Shown here one piece after another: positions 47,701 to 60,123 of a stretch of 64,000 bases of DNA (positions are counted from its first letter, which is position 1; every line of letters starts with the position of its first letter). The DNA comes from Vitrella brassicaformis CCMP3155 (taxonomy: Eukaryota > Protista > Chromerida): assembly GCA_001179505.1 (NCBI GenBank), contig CDMY01000364.1, forward strand, positions 35,868-99,867, written 5' to 3'. The notes under the pieces were generated by a model. The model worked only from the letters and a program-made list of their open reading frames with translations. It was not told the DNA's origin and ran no database searches. The position numbers were made by a program, and so were the translations under genes.

Positions 47701-48810
47701 GTGCTGCTGCCGGTGAGCGGGGAGCTGCTTGATGGTCGACCCGGCCGGGCCGCCAAGACGGATGTACTTCTCGCCTGACTGGAGGAGGCACTCGAGGAAG
47801 ATCTGGGACTCGTTGGTGCCGGCCCTGCGGTCCTCTTCGCGCTCGTATCTGACGCTGGTGATGTCGGCGACCTGCACGAGCCCCGCTGCCTGCTTGGCGC
47901 CGCCACATGACGACATGTTAACCACCTTTTGGGCTGTTTCGAGATCAACCTGACACACAGACAGAATACACACACAAAGGGGAGGAGACACACACATCAA
48001 TTTGTGTGTAGGGAAGGGCAGTGGGTGTTGGTGGGAAGGTACCTTGAGAGTGGCGAGAATGGCTTCCTTGGCGGCGTGGTCGGTCTTGCACTGCTGCTCG
48101 TATCCGTTCCTGCCTTCGGTGAGTGTGTTCATGTCGTTCTCTTTGGTTTGGATGACGTTGGTGTAGTGGATGATTTCACTCATCAAGGTGCCGATCTCCT
48201 CGTCAAGGTCGGCGATCTCGAGCTTGAGTGTGTCGATGGCCATCCCCATGGTCTCCTCGGCCTGCGCCAGCTCCAGCACCGTCAGATCTATCTCCTTCTG
48301 GGTCTCACTGCACAGACACAAAGAAAGATACGCACTGCCCCGGAGATCTGTGGTGTCTTGCCGCCGTACACGAGCATTGTGTTGAGCGTGTTGACGGCTT
48401 TCAGAAAACCTGACATCCACACACACACACACACACACACACACAGGAGTGAACAATGCACCAGGATTCCGTCCATTCTGGCAGATCTGTCATCTACCGA
48501 TCCACCCACCTGCATATTTGCTGTCCTTGGTCCACACGGGCGGCGCAGGGAGCGGATCTACCTTCCCGCCGATGACGTGGGTCGCATTCGCACTCGCCTG
48601 CAGCTTTTGCAGCAGCTCCAGCACCTCTGCTGGCAGGCCCATAGGATGGTGTTGAGATACGTGCTCGACGGCCTCCGTAAGGTCCATCATCTCCCCCCGG
48701 GCCTTGAGCGCCATCGCATCGGACAGCCTGACTTTGGTGCTGGTGCGGGACCCATTCGCTGACGAAAGGGAGGCGACGAGCGCAAAGCCGAAAAAGAGGA
48801 AGAGATCCAT
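44745..48810 (-). CDS. Secreted protein: signal peptide, long coiled coil, three TSP1 repeats, C-terminal vWA domain
   Basis: Leader MDLFLFFGFALVASLSSA. TSP1 motifs EWVPGECSHSCG, GDWSEWSTCPVTCDQG and GEWTDWSPCCRACNGG. The vWA MIDAS is intact (DNSGS, GGGTRT, LTDG). No transmembrane segment before the stop. Confidence 0.9.
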
Positions 48811-49076
48811 TCTGCCAGGCTGCCTTAGAGGGAAAACCAAAAAAAGACAAAGAGCACGGAGTTGTAAAGTAAATTGGTGGCCAGGAAGGCCGAAAAGCTC
48901 GCCAAATTTCCCCCTGCCGTTCTCTTCCATAAATTTTCGCCTAATCTCTGTCGGTTCATCCATCCGATCGGTCCATCCGCTCGTGTGTTTGGTCGGTTGA
49001 TTGTCTTTCCGACCTTTTCGAGTGCCGGCCCTCTGACACCCCTGACCCTCGCTCAGACTCGCCGGCCGTCAGCCCC

Positions 49077-49900
49077 ATGGGACGCACCAAGGCACAGGCA
49101 ATGCGGAAGGACGTCAAGGTCGTCAAGAAGGAAACGGACAGCGCCGCCAGCGACAAGAAGCGACACCCAAAGATGACCATAACAGGTGCATGAGGGGGTG
49201 AAGGGAGCGGCTGGACGTCGACGGACGGACGGGGTGCATTCCATTGCAATGATTGGATGGATGGATGTGTTGATCTGACTGATTGTGTGTGTTTGTCGGT
49301 TGCAGGTCGGTATCGTTACCGCCCCGGCACAGTGGCGCTCCGTGAGATCCGCAAGTACCAGAAGGTGAGGCACTCACTGACTCTCTCACTGACACAGGCA
49401 GTGGCTGCCTCTCCCTCACCTCTGTCTTGCTCATGTTTGTGTGTGTGCCGATGTGATGTGATGCCTTGATGCAGTCGACTGACCTGTTGCTTCGCAAGTT
49501 GCCCTTCCGCCGCCTCGTCAAAGAAATCTGCCAGGTAGACACACACACTCGACACACACCCACGCCCCTTCTTTCTCTCTCTCTCTCTCTCTCTGATCAG
49601 GAGCAGGTGGGCACCCCGGGCGGCCTCCGCTGGCAAGCGAGTGCGATGCTGGCCATGCAGGAGGCGACCGAGGCCTTCGCTGTGCGGCTGTTTGAGGACG
49701 CCATGCAGTGCACCATCCACGCAAGTGAGGAGCTGTCCATCTGACCGACACACACAACACATTGCAACTCACCATCTGTCCATCTGTCCGTCCGTTGGCC
49801 ATGAGTGTGCAGACGTGTCACGCTCATGGTGTCTGACATGCGTCTGGCGATCCGTCTCAGCGACCCCTACTCTCTCCGCAGCTGGCACCCTCCCCAATAA
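49077..49900 (+). CDS. Divergent histone H3, CenH3-like
   Basis: Non-canonical tail, then [17 protein letters not shown]|[20 protein letters not shown]|[22 protein letters not shown]...[11 protein letters not shown]|RVTLMVSD. Longer loop 1 and F-to-W change. The last intron has a phase mismatch at the best splice sites. Confidence 0.8.
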
Positions 49901-50500
49901 GACCACACACAAACAAGACACAGACAATACGAATGAGTACGTCAGCAGAGAGGGAGGGCAGACACATCCCATCCATCCATCGCTGTCTGTGTGTTGGGTG
50001 TGCAGGTGAGATTCTGTTATCCGCCCGTCCATCGGTGTCGCATCAATCGCATCCCGTCCATCCGACGATCGGTCCAGTGTGCATGTGTGTGTGCGTGAGA
50101 AGACAAGACAGACAGACAGACCCCGCCTCTCTCTCTCTCTCTCTGTGGCTGTGTGGATGTGCTGTCTCGCCTTTTGCCATCATGTGAGGGAGAAGAGACT
50201 GACTGACAGACAGACGCAGGCACAGACAGATGGAAACACACACAGGCAGGTGGGACACACTCAGGGCACGTGTAGGTGTGGTGTGGTGTGTGGGTGAGAG
50301 GAGCTCAAGACACGTCGATGATCGGATTCATCCATGTTGACGCATCTCTCTCGTGACGTGTGTGTGAGGATTGCAATCGATGACCTTCAACATACTCGTT
50401 GACGTGACTTGTACTGACATGTGTGGGAATGCGTCCATTCATTCATTGTACACCTCCCTACCCTCACAAACCGACCTCACACACGCAGTGACTCGATTAG

Positions 50501-53500
50501 TCAGTCGGCCATGATGGCTGGCTGCTCCGCAGGCCCGTGCTCCTCAGTCGTCGTTTCCTCCTCATCCGTCATCACTGATTGCAGCGCCGCACCTATGAGG
50601 CCCTTCAAGTTCTCCGCACCCTCCTCATTGACGCCCTCCTTCGTCAAGCGGCCAACGAAGGGGTTGAGAGGACTTGGCTGGAAGGGCGAGGACTCCTGCC
50701 TGCACACACAAAGGGGGATTCCCAGTGCACAAGCTGATCTCCACGTGTGTACGTGTCTCTGTGTGTGTGCATCTGCTCGCCTTAGATTAGGTGTGTTGGT
50801 GACGTTGGTCAGTCTCTCATGCGGCGGGGTGCTGCGCTGAGGCGGCAATAGAGGGCGGCTCGCTGAGCCAGACAGAGTTTGGCCTGGACAACATTTAGCA
50901 CACATAAACCCACCCACGCATCCACATTCCCCCCTTCCCTCCCCACACTCACTCTGTCGTCTTGGTGGCGGTGTGACGGATATCATGGTAGACGACGAAG
51001 GCAGCAGGTCATCCATCAGCACCACCTCATCCGCGTGCATGCCGTCAGGAGAGGGCGAGGCAAGGTTCGGCGACAGACCTCCACTGCGCCTCAGCGGCTC
51101 AGGAATCGGCTTCAAGGACGAAGGAGAGCTGAGACACACACAAAACACAACGGGGCAATCGTCGCCGTCTGGTTACAAAGACACAGGTGCCCTTTCACTT
51201 TCTCTGCATCCACGACTTCTTCCCGGCCTCCCCCCTGCCCCTGGTGTTGTGCTGCCACGGGCGCAAGGGATCCAGCCCTCCCACCACTCCGCCACCCTCC
51301 CTCTCTCCACTCCTGTCATCCCTCTGCGGCGGCAAGCGAAATCTGATGACACACAGATAGAGACAAGGGATCACCGATCCCTGCAGTAGTCAAAAGGCAT
51401 GTGTGTGCGGACGATGGTGGCGAATCGCAGTCGATGCTCTCCAACAGATGGATCGAGCTCGATGCGTTGCTCGATGGCGTCCCGTGATCTCGGAAGGCGC
51501 TGAAGGCAGGCGGTTGCTGGGGAGGCTGAGGCTGGCGGGGAGGTTTTTTCGTCGAAGACGGCTGAGGAGCTTTGGCTTGCAGCTGTGTGCTGGGCTTCTT
51601 GGTGTTCCTGGCTGCTCGAAGAGACGTGCCTGAGGAGCTGGTCGTGTGACGGTGGTGGCTGGCGAGTGAGGGAGCACCGTATGGCAGGGTGTTTGGGGGA
51701 TACTGCGACACGAGCTGCATCTCCCAGAAGGCGGCCGCGGTGCGCGACTCCTCCAACTCTTCCAATGCGCGGTTCAGGTCACCCTCCAGCTGCATCCATG
51801 GAAGTATGCGCGATGGAGAGGAGATCAATGGAGATCGCGATTGATCAATCCATACCGCCTTCAGTTGCTTCTCTCTCTGGGCCAGTAGGTGTCGGTCGGC
51901 CGCCTTCTGTTCATCAGCTCGTACCTTGGCGGCCTCCAGCTTGTGTGTGATGGCCTGGAAAGACGTCAACTGGCCCTCAGCCTCCTCCAACTGAGACGTC
52001 AGGTCACCGATCTGCACACAAGGAGAAGCGGGGGAGGCAAAGCAGACATCTGGTGAGAAGCACCGGCGGAAGCCCACCTGCTGTCTCGCGGCAGAGGTCT
52101 CCTGGCTGACTTCGTGCAGCAGCGACTCGTACTTTTCCACCTTGCCCTTGAGCTCAGATACCTCTGTGTCTCGGGCTGACAACACCTGACGTCGGACACA
52201 CAATGGTCGGTGCACCTGGTGGGTGCGATGACGCTACCTCTAACAGCCCTTGGTTCTTCTCCTCTAGTCGATCTCCTCTTCCATGGGCAGCCGCGAGGCG
52301 CTGCATCAGCTCCTCGCTCTGCATGCTGACTTCTTCAACGCGCATGGCCCTCTTTCGCCACTCGCCGATTCGCTCAAGCGCTCTCGCCACTTTGCCTCTC
52401 ACATCTCCCACCTCTTCAACGCTCGTCACGCCTCCATCCTCCCCGACACACTTGAGGACGTCTACCACGCATCGCTTGCAGGACATTAAGGCCTCCCGCT
52501 GGCCATTGCTCATCTGCAGACCACCACACCCGACACTGACAATACCTCCTTGTCATGTATATGTCTCTTGTCTGACCTTCATCATAGCCTGGAATGTCAC
52601 CTTCATGAACTCCATCTCATCGCGCCGCCGGTTCTCCTCTTCAAGAGTGTTGCCGACACGCCCATGGCCGTGGCCGTTGAAGGAAAGGTCGACGATGGCG
52701 GGCCGCGGCATTGGCTGCACTCTCACGTTCTGGCATGAGGAGACCAGACGGATGGCTGGCTTGAGCGTTTGTGTGTACAGCGGGGCTGGGATGGAGGAAG
52801 GCAGGTGCACACACAGGTGCAGATGGCAGTCCCTGATGGATTTGGAGGGGAAAGGAAGGAAATGCACGCTTCCAATGCGGGCCACAAAACAGGCTTTGCG
52901 GAGATTTGTTGCGCCTCACTTTTGCAGTGCATCGAATAGGAGAGACGTGAGGCTGCTGCGGCGCCTGAAACTCTCGTCCGGACCTGCATATACGAAGAAG
53001 CCCACTATCTCTGATATGCGTGCGACAACCAAACTCCAGCCGCATTCAATGACTTACCCGCGTCAGTGGACGACCTCAGCTGCATGAGCATCTGGTACAA
53101 GTTGCTGATCGAGTCTCGCAGGAACTTCTGCTGGTCTCTCGTGGCGCCCCACCCACCCCCTCCCTCCACCTCATCCGCAGCTAACATGACCACACACACC
53201 GTCAGCTGGCCCTTGACGCCCCTGCTGTTGGGCCTCACTGACAGGAACGAGAGCCGAAAGATGAAATGTGCGCAGTGGAGGCGAGATGGACTGAGTGTGG
53301 TGCACTGGCTGGCGCTCTCGCTGGCTGTGCGGGGACTGGGGATGGACAGACACGAGGGGCTGGGCGGGAAGGGGGACGGGGGCAGGGGGGGAGGCTGGTC
53401 GTGGAGAGGAGACACAGAGTGGCTGAGGGTGGCGGTGAGGGCCTCGGCGTCTTTCTTGTTCAGGATGGTTGCCTTCTTGAGGGCCAGGCGTCTCCCCTTG

Positions 53501-54271
53501 ACCATAGAGAGCTCTTCCATGCATTCCTGACCAAAGACATCAGAACAACGACTTGATTCCACAGTTTCTCTTCATGCGGACCCTATATTGAGAGAGAAGA
53601 TCGACAACTCCCGTCTCCTTGACGAGTGCCATCGCACTGCATTGTACTAGTCCCTCAGGCCCATCCTCTATCTCACACAACTCGCGCAGCCACCTGCCAA
53701 GCAATCCCTCGCCGGCATCCCCGCCACTGCGTGTCGGCACCAGCTGTCCAATCACGTGCGGCACATCCCTTGGCAGGGCCATCACGACAATGGTCTCTTG
53801 ATACCCGCCCCGCACTCGCTGCGGCACTCTGTGTGCGCCCGCCAGCCGCTCCATGCGGCTCAGCATTTGCGAGGCCACATAGACGTCCCCCTGGAAGGAC
53901 GTGCTCGTGATTGTCCCTGCAGCGGGCGAGCGGGGCGGCTGGGAGAGAACGGGCGAGTACGTCGAGAGGTTCGTCCTGCGCAGCGGCAGGCCGTCTTTCT
54001 CGTCGCTCGGCGTTGCGGCGCCGCTGGCGTTGGCCGTTGAGTGGTTCGTGCCGGGAGGCGCGTGGGACGTCACGAGGACGGACAGATGGCAGGGGCCGCT
54101 GCCGCTTGCAGTGGTGCTCTTGCGGTTGTTTCCCCAGCCGCCAGTAGCCTTGAAAAAGGCGCGAGGGCCGGAGCTGTGACCCGCGGCAGCTGAGAGGGAG
54201 CTCTTGTCGATGATGAAGGCGGTTTGGGCATTGCAAGGGGAGGCATCGAGTGGCTCCATCTTGGTGGTCAT
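50501..54271 (-). CDS. Large low-complexity/coiled-coil protein of unknown function
   Basis: Long exons (53540-54271, 53005-53510, 52553-52780, 52220-52470, 51400-52190, 50501-51130) with E/K/Q-rich heptads such as SELKGKVEKYESLLHEVSQE and GT-AG boundaries. The exact model is uncertain. Confidence 0.6.
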
Positions 54272-54470
54272 GACAAGAGCTCCCTGCCTCTTCGAAATCG
54301 TCGTGATTGAAGCGATGCGGGGCACGGCTTGGGGGCGTCTTCCTTCGATGGGGGCGCGTTTAGAGACTGTGATTGATCAGGCCAGAATGTTCCGGCCACT
54401 TGTCAAGGCGAACGTTGTGTCGTCAAACCGCTGCGAGAATTCATTGCCTCCGCCCGTCCCGAACGGCGTG

Positions 54471-55129
54471 ATGCCTTACGAGGGCCTCAAAGCGGTATTT
54501 TTCCCTTACATCAAGGTGACGAGCCTCGAGAAGATAATGCCGCCACCATCACCTGGCAAGTCCTTTTCGTGTCTTCCACTGAACATGCAGATGACGGAGC
54601 CCATCGGAAAGCTCACGGAGGAGGTCGAGCAGGCCCAGACGAGATGCAATGAGCAGCTCAAGGCCGACAAGAGAGAGCGACAGGAAAAGTAAAACTGGAC
54701 ATCCATATGCATTGATTGGCACAGGAACAAAAGACTTGAATGTCTGTATGTATGTGTGCGGACTTTGCCTGCATGGACTGATTGATGCAGTGAGAGAAAG
54801 GAGCGGCAGCCGGCGGAAGGCCCGCGAGGAAAGAAATCGACACACACCCTCAGCAAACAGAAGTGCGTGCATGTGTCTCATACACACATGCCGACTTGTG
54901 CTTCCTCCCGCTCTCATTTGTTCAATCTGTCTCTCCCTCCCTCGCTGTGTGTGCGTGTGCAGATCCCAGCATGGATGAGACGCGGACATGGGAGGCCGAG
55001 ACACGGCTGTACGACGTCACATCACAAAACAAGTCAAGACGATCAATGACATTTGACTCACCCATGTCTCTGTCTCTTCCATTTACTGGTGCAAGGACTA
55101 GGTTCTCTCTTTCGTGGGGCCATGGCTGA
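54471..55129 (+). CDS. Small hypothetical protein, head-to-head with the coiled-coil gene
   Basis: MPYEGLKAVFFPYIK|MTEPIGKLTEEVEQAQTRCNEQLKADKRERQE with GT-AG sites. Downstream exons are ambiguous. Confidence 0.3.
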
Positions 55130-55654
55130 CTGCTGCCGGAGGGATGAGAGAGGGAGGGAGAGGGAGTTACATGACCTGTTGTCAACCATAAGGCGAACCG
55201 ATGACTTTTGTTTTGTGGTGTGCGTCCGATGGTGTGCGTCACTTTTGCCATGACAAGGAAGTTGTCGGTTAGATGAGGGAGAGAGGGTGCCGCCTCGCTT
55301 GGTGTTACGATGTTTCGAATCAATCGCTGTCTACATTTCATATCTTATCTTTATCCATTGTACTTGAAACACCCATTCATTCAAGACTTACAGCGTCTCT
55401 GTATCGTCACACAACCAAAAATTCAGCACCACACACGTGATATGCCTAGTGAGCGCGTGACTGACTGACTGACTGATGACTGACTGACTCAGACACCAGA
55501 TATGATATAAGGAGCGAACTAGTCCATGCAGATGGATCACTCACTGGCCTTCCCCTCCAGAAAAAGACACCGGTCTTCGCCCTCCCTCCCTCCCTCCCTC
55601 CCTCCATGCATCCCTCACGAGCCCCGCCCCCTGCCCCCGACACAGACGAGGTCA

Positions 55655-56209
55655 TCAGACCCGAAACTCGGTGGCTTCTGTCTCGACCTCGGGTTCACAG
55701 CAAAGGGTCCACCACCAGTAGTTCCAGCCGCGAAACAGCCCACAAAACGGCTCACACTTCTTGTTGGCCTTCTCTTCTGCCTCCTTTGCAGCAGCGGCGG
55801 CCGCTGCAGCCGCCTCAGCCGCCTCAGTCGCCTCTGAGCGGCGTCGCTCAACCTGTATACACAGGTCATGGCAGGGCACCACCAGACCAGTCAGTCCCAG
55901 CCAGCCAGCCAGCCAGCCATGAGAGTGTGTGTGTACCTCCTTCTCTGCACACTCCCCCACTTGGACCACATGTGTCGGGCTAGGCGGGTCTCCCTTGTCC
56001 TCGATGAACTTCTTGACGCAGCCCCCAATGAAATCCAGGGCCGCGTGGTCGGGCGGCGCCAGCATCGGGGTGTTGTTCCGCCCCGGCACCAGCGTCACCC
56101 CCAGAGTCTCGCGCCGGGGGCTGCCTGGGGTGGCGGGCTGCTCCTCCACAGACCCACGCCGGCTGCTCGTCGAATCGCTACTGCTGCACACACACACACG
56201 AGAGAGAAG

Positions 56210-56241
<32 letters not shown>

Positions 56242-56524
56242 CACGGCATGGATGTCCCCTGGCATCCATCCCTCATACTCACTGTTCGACTTACCCTCTT
56301 CGGCCCTCCCCAGACGGCCCTCCCCGTCCCTCCCCGCCCGATGCCGTCCCTCCCCGGGTCCCCAGCCCCAGCCCTCCTCCGGGTCCTCCCTGGAAGATGT
56401 CGGCAGGGCATCTGCATCCACAAAGCGAATGGGGAACAGAAAAAGAGATGTGCATGCCATGGGGGCATGCTTGGACGCCTCATTTGTACCTCAGTGCCTC
56501 CTGAGGTGGGTGCACCAACGCCAT
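55655..56524 (-). CDS. Hypothetical Gly/Ser/Ala-rich protein with Trp/Cys-rich C-terminus
   Basis: Exons join to ...PDHAALDFIGGCVKKFIEDKGD...KE|VERRRSEATEAAEA...KKCEPFCGLFRGWNYWWWTLCCEPE. Start uncertain. Confidence 0.5.
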
Positions 56525-56962
56525 TATCGTCAACAGTCAACACAACGTCTGAAACTAACAGGAAACACCGAAATACATTCTGAGTTTTGTGTGAGTGTAT
56601 GGGTGGCTGCTCACGTACTTCGCTGGTCAGCTTCAGTCGTTCTTTGCTTGAGTTTTTTTTCTTGCTCGAGATTTGCGAGCTTGAATCCGATCCCTCGGGG
56701 AACCGCTCCCCTGCCGCTCGCTGCACCCCTAGTTGTGCGGCCTTTTGCCACCCCTGCCGCTCTTCCTACCATCCCTGTTGTAGGCCTCTGTTGCCTCTTA
56801 ATCGTTGTGAGCAGGATCTGGCAAGTCTCTTACCTCTCGCTCTTTCCACGGAAGAGGAACCGGCTACTATTCACGAAGGATCAAACCGGCGAGAGGTGAG
56901 ATGGACGTTGACGACTGAGTGAGTGGGCAAGCTTATCGTGTTGGAGGTGAAGCACGACCACT

Positions 56963-58026
56963 ATGAGCTCTGGTGAAAGCGAGTTCAGTGCCTGCCGACT
57001 CGGGAAGGTCAAGGTGGCCATCAACGGGTTCGGCCGCTTGGGCCAGAGCATCTACCGCGCCTCCATTGAGTGCGGGGCAGACGTCGTAGCTATCAACGAC
57101 AGCTTTCTGCATCCGCCGAATATCAGAGCAAAGGTGCGTGTACACTCAGAAACCGTCACCTCACCTCAGGTGCATTGATGTGTGTGATGTCGCTCAGCTG
57201 CGCACCATCATGGCCCCGTCCACGACGACCAACTACAAGCGCCTGAACAGTCTGTCCATTCCCAAAAACTTCCCCCGTCCCACCCTTGCTTCCCTCGCCC
57301 CCCACCAGCAGCAGCAGCAGCTCATCGGCGCCAGCACCAGCTCCCCGCGCGTCTATCACGTCCTGGACCACGCGGCCATGTGCGTGTGCGAGAGTGAGGT
57401 GGAGTGTCTCGTCGACACATCGAGGGGCGCAGGACGTCTGGTGTTCATCCGCATGCGGCCGTCCGCCAACGCCATGTGGGTGCGGCCGCCCAAGCGAGTG
57501 GCCAGCGGGTCGACACTGTCGGTCTCGTCGGAGGGCGGGTGCGGCATGGCGTCGAGCGAGGACGAGACCGCAGACAGCTCGGCAGACGAACACGGTACCT
57601 GAGGGAGACGAGGGAGGAGAAACCACGCAGTGTCCGGCGTATCACCGTGTGCATCTCTCTTGTCCCCTGTGTGCAGATGATCGGGTGCTGACGTATCTGG
57701 AACGTCTGCGCGAGCGCCTCTCGGTCGACTACCGTTCTCTGGTGGTGGAGGAGCAGTCGCCCCTGGAGTTCCGCATCGTCCAGCGACCCGACCACCAGCA
57801 CCACCACTCAAGCGGCAAGCGCGACATCCTCTCGCCCTCCACTCCGCCTCTCTTCTCGCCGGCGGGGTCGCCACCCGACTCGCCCACACGCACGGGGCTG
57901 CTGCCGGCTGCTGCGGCGGTGCGGCAGCCGTACCTGCTGTCGTCTCCTTCGCTGGTGGGGGGCGACATGGTGTATGACGAAGACGGGATGCACCACTTCT
58001 GCCATGACGCGCCGCTTGTCGGATAG
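56963..58026 (+). CDS. Three-exon protein with only the GAPDH N-terminal dinucleotide-binding motif fused to unrelated sequence
   Basis: KVKVAINGFGRLGQSIYRA...GADVVAINDSF in exon 1. Exons 2 and 3 are phase-compatible but contain no GAPDH motifs (no ASCTTNCL). Confidence 0.7.
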
Positions 58027-58276
58027 ATGAGGTTGTTGAGAGGGGGGCGGGGGCGATGGGTCCGTTTTGTCACATGGGATAATGTCCACTGTTGCGTTGT
58101 TCCGTTTTCTGGAACTCCTGTGTCATGCGTGTCGGCTACCACATACTGTCGGTGGTTGACACTCGTGCCAGAGGGTCTCTATGACGCGGGGAACGGACAG
58201 TGAGACGCCCTAATAGTCACTCTCTGCAAGAGAGTACCGTCACGATTGTGCGCGGGGGGGAGCATGGCCGTCAAGG

Positions 58277-58312
<36 letters not shown>

Positions 58313-59823
58313 CGCAGCTACTCGTCGTCTGCTGCGTGTCTGACTGGCTGCGGGCTGGATGATGGAAGGGAGGAGGGAGGGGGGAGGGAGGGAGCGGTGG
58401 CATGTCCCAAGTATTTCACCGACCAGGCAGCTGCAACGCTGCTACAGTCACATGGCGTGTCTGTCTGTGGGCTAGCTTCAGTCTGTATGTATCAATGCCG
58501 ACATTTTCACTCGATGACTTTTCCAGCCGGCTCATGGATGGCTCGCTACGTGTCGGAGTGTGCAGCGGTCTCCTGCCTGCCTGTCCGCCTCCCTCCCTCC
58601 CTCCCTCTCTCCCTCCCTCCCTCCCTCCCTGCCTCTCTCCTATGCTATCATCTGTTTTTGCAGTGCATGTGTGTGGCGTGGCGTGGCGTGGGTTGGATGG
58701 TGCTATCAAGAGTCATATGTCCGTGTGTGAGGCTCTGTTGCGGCAACTGGTTCCGGCGAGCAGCACTTGCGTTCTACCTCCCTTGTCCACTCACGTGCTT
58801 CCCTGTCTTGTGATGATGTGATGTGATGTGTGTCGGGGGGGAAATGCGGGGCGGGGATGGCTAGTCGATGACTTGAGAGGGAGAGGGATACTACTTACAG
58901 TCGGCCAGTGGATTTGACCTGTGTATGTGTGTGTGCGGGAGGGGGGAGGGAGGGGGGGCGCTCTGTCTTTGGAGCATGTCACAGATTTGCCCAGACAGGC
59001 GACCGTTGGCTTTGCTGCTTCCTGGATGGATGGATGGTCCGTGCTGTGTTTCGTTCGTGTCGTGTGTGGTGTGGTGTGGTGTGGTGTGTCGCCCTCGTCG
59101 TGTTGCCCGTGTTGTGTTGTGTTGTGTGGCTGCTGTGTGTTGTGAGTGAGGGTATGAGGGCAAGTCGTTGGTTGACATCCATTGGCTGGATCTGTTTTGA
59201 CGGCCGTGAGAGAACCGTAGGCAATGCCGGTAGGTAGGTAGGGTAGGAAAGTACTCCGTTGGATCTGCGCTCCTTTTCCATTTTTGCAAGACCAACACAC
59301 CACCCACCGCCCACACGCACGGCCTCACACCACACCACACCACACCACAACACGGCAGCCTTTGTGAATGTTTGTGGCTACTTACATTCCTGCGTACTTG
59401 CGTACTCGCGATTGTTTCTGCATTGACGTGTTGTGTGTGCCATCTGTGTGTGTGTGCGTGTGTTGGGGTGCATTGCATCAGCGAGCATTTTTTGAGGCGA
59501 CCTACTGAGACACCGAAGACGACCAACGAGCCTCTTAGATTGATTCACCTCCTTTTTCCGTACTCTTGAGCTGTGGTGACTGTTTGGCTGGTGCATGTGC
59601 GTGGGAGGGAGGATGGTTGGGGTGGTGAGATTTGTTCAATCAACAGATGTGTGTGTGTGTGTGTGTGTGTCTGTGAGGGTGGAGGGTTCGTGTGTGATTG
59701 TTTTGCATTCATTCAGCCCGATCGATCGATCAGAGAAAGTTAAGGGCAGGAATTGACGTGCATGTCCCTACGTACCTGTCCGTCTGGTGTGTGTACCTGT
59801 ATATGTGTGGGTGTGTGGAGGGG

Positions 59824-60123
59824 NNNNNNNNNNNNNNNNNNNNNNNNNNNNNNNNNNNNNNNNNNNNNNNNNNNNNNNNNNNNNNNNNNNNNNNNNNNNN
59901 NNNNNNNNNNNNNNNNNNNNNNNNNNNNNNNNNNNNNNNNNNNNNNNNNNNNNNNNNNNNNNNNNNNNNNNNNNNNNNNNNNNNNNNNNNNNNNNNNNNN
60001 NNNNNNNNNNNNNNNNNNNNNNNNNNNNNNNNNNNNNNNNNNNNNNNNNNNNNNNNNNNNNNNNNNNNNNNNNNNNNNNNNNNNNNNNNNNNNNNNNNNN
60101 NNNNNNNNNNNNNNNNNNNNNNN
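59824..60123. other. Assembly gap (300 N)
   Basis: N run. Confidence 1.

Noticed and set aside
47929-48762. 277-aa plus-strand ORF
   Set aside because: Leu/Val-rich antisense shadow of the E/K-rich adhesin exons.
54549-55004. Minus-strand Leu-rich ORF as the 5' part of the coiled-coil gene
   Set aside because: The codon pattern (ctc/ctg/ctt) is the antisense of an E/Q/K-rich plus-strand exon.
58179-59823. Possible continuation of the 60124-62444 gene beyond the gap
   Set aside because: Short candidate exons exist but no consistent phase chain could be built. The region is mostly repeats.
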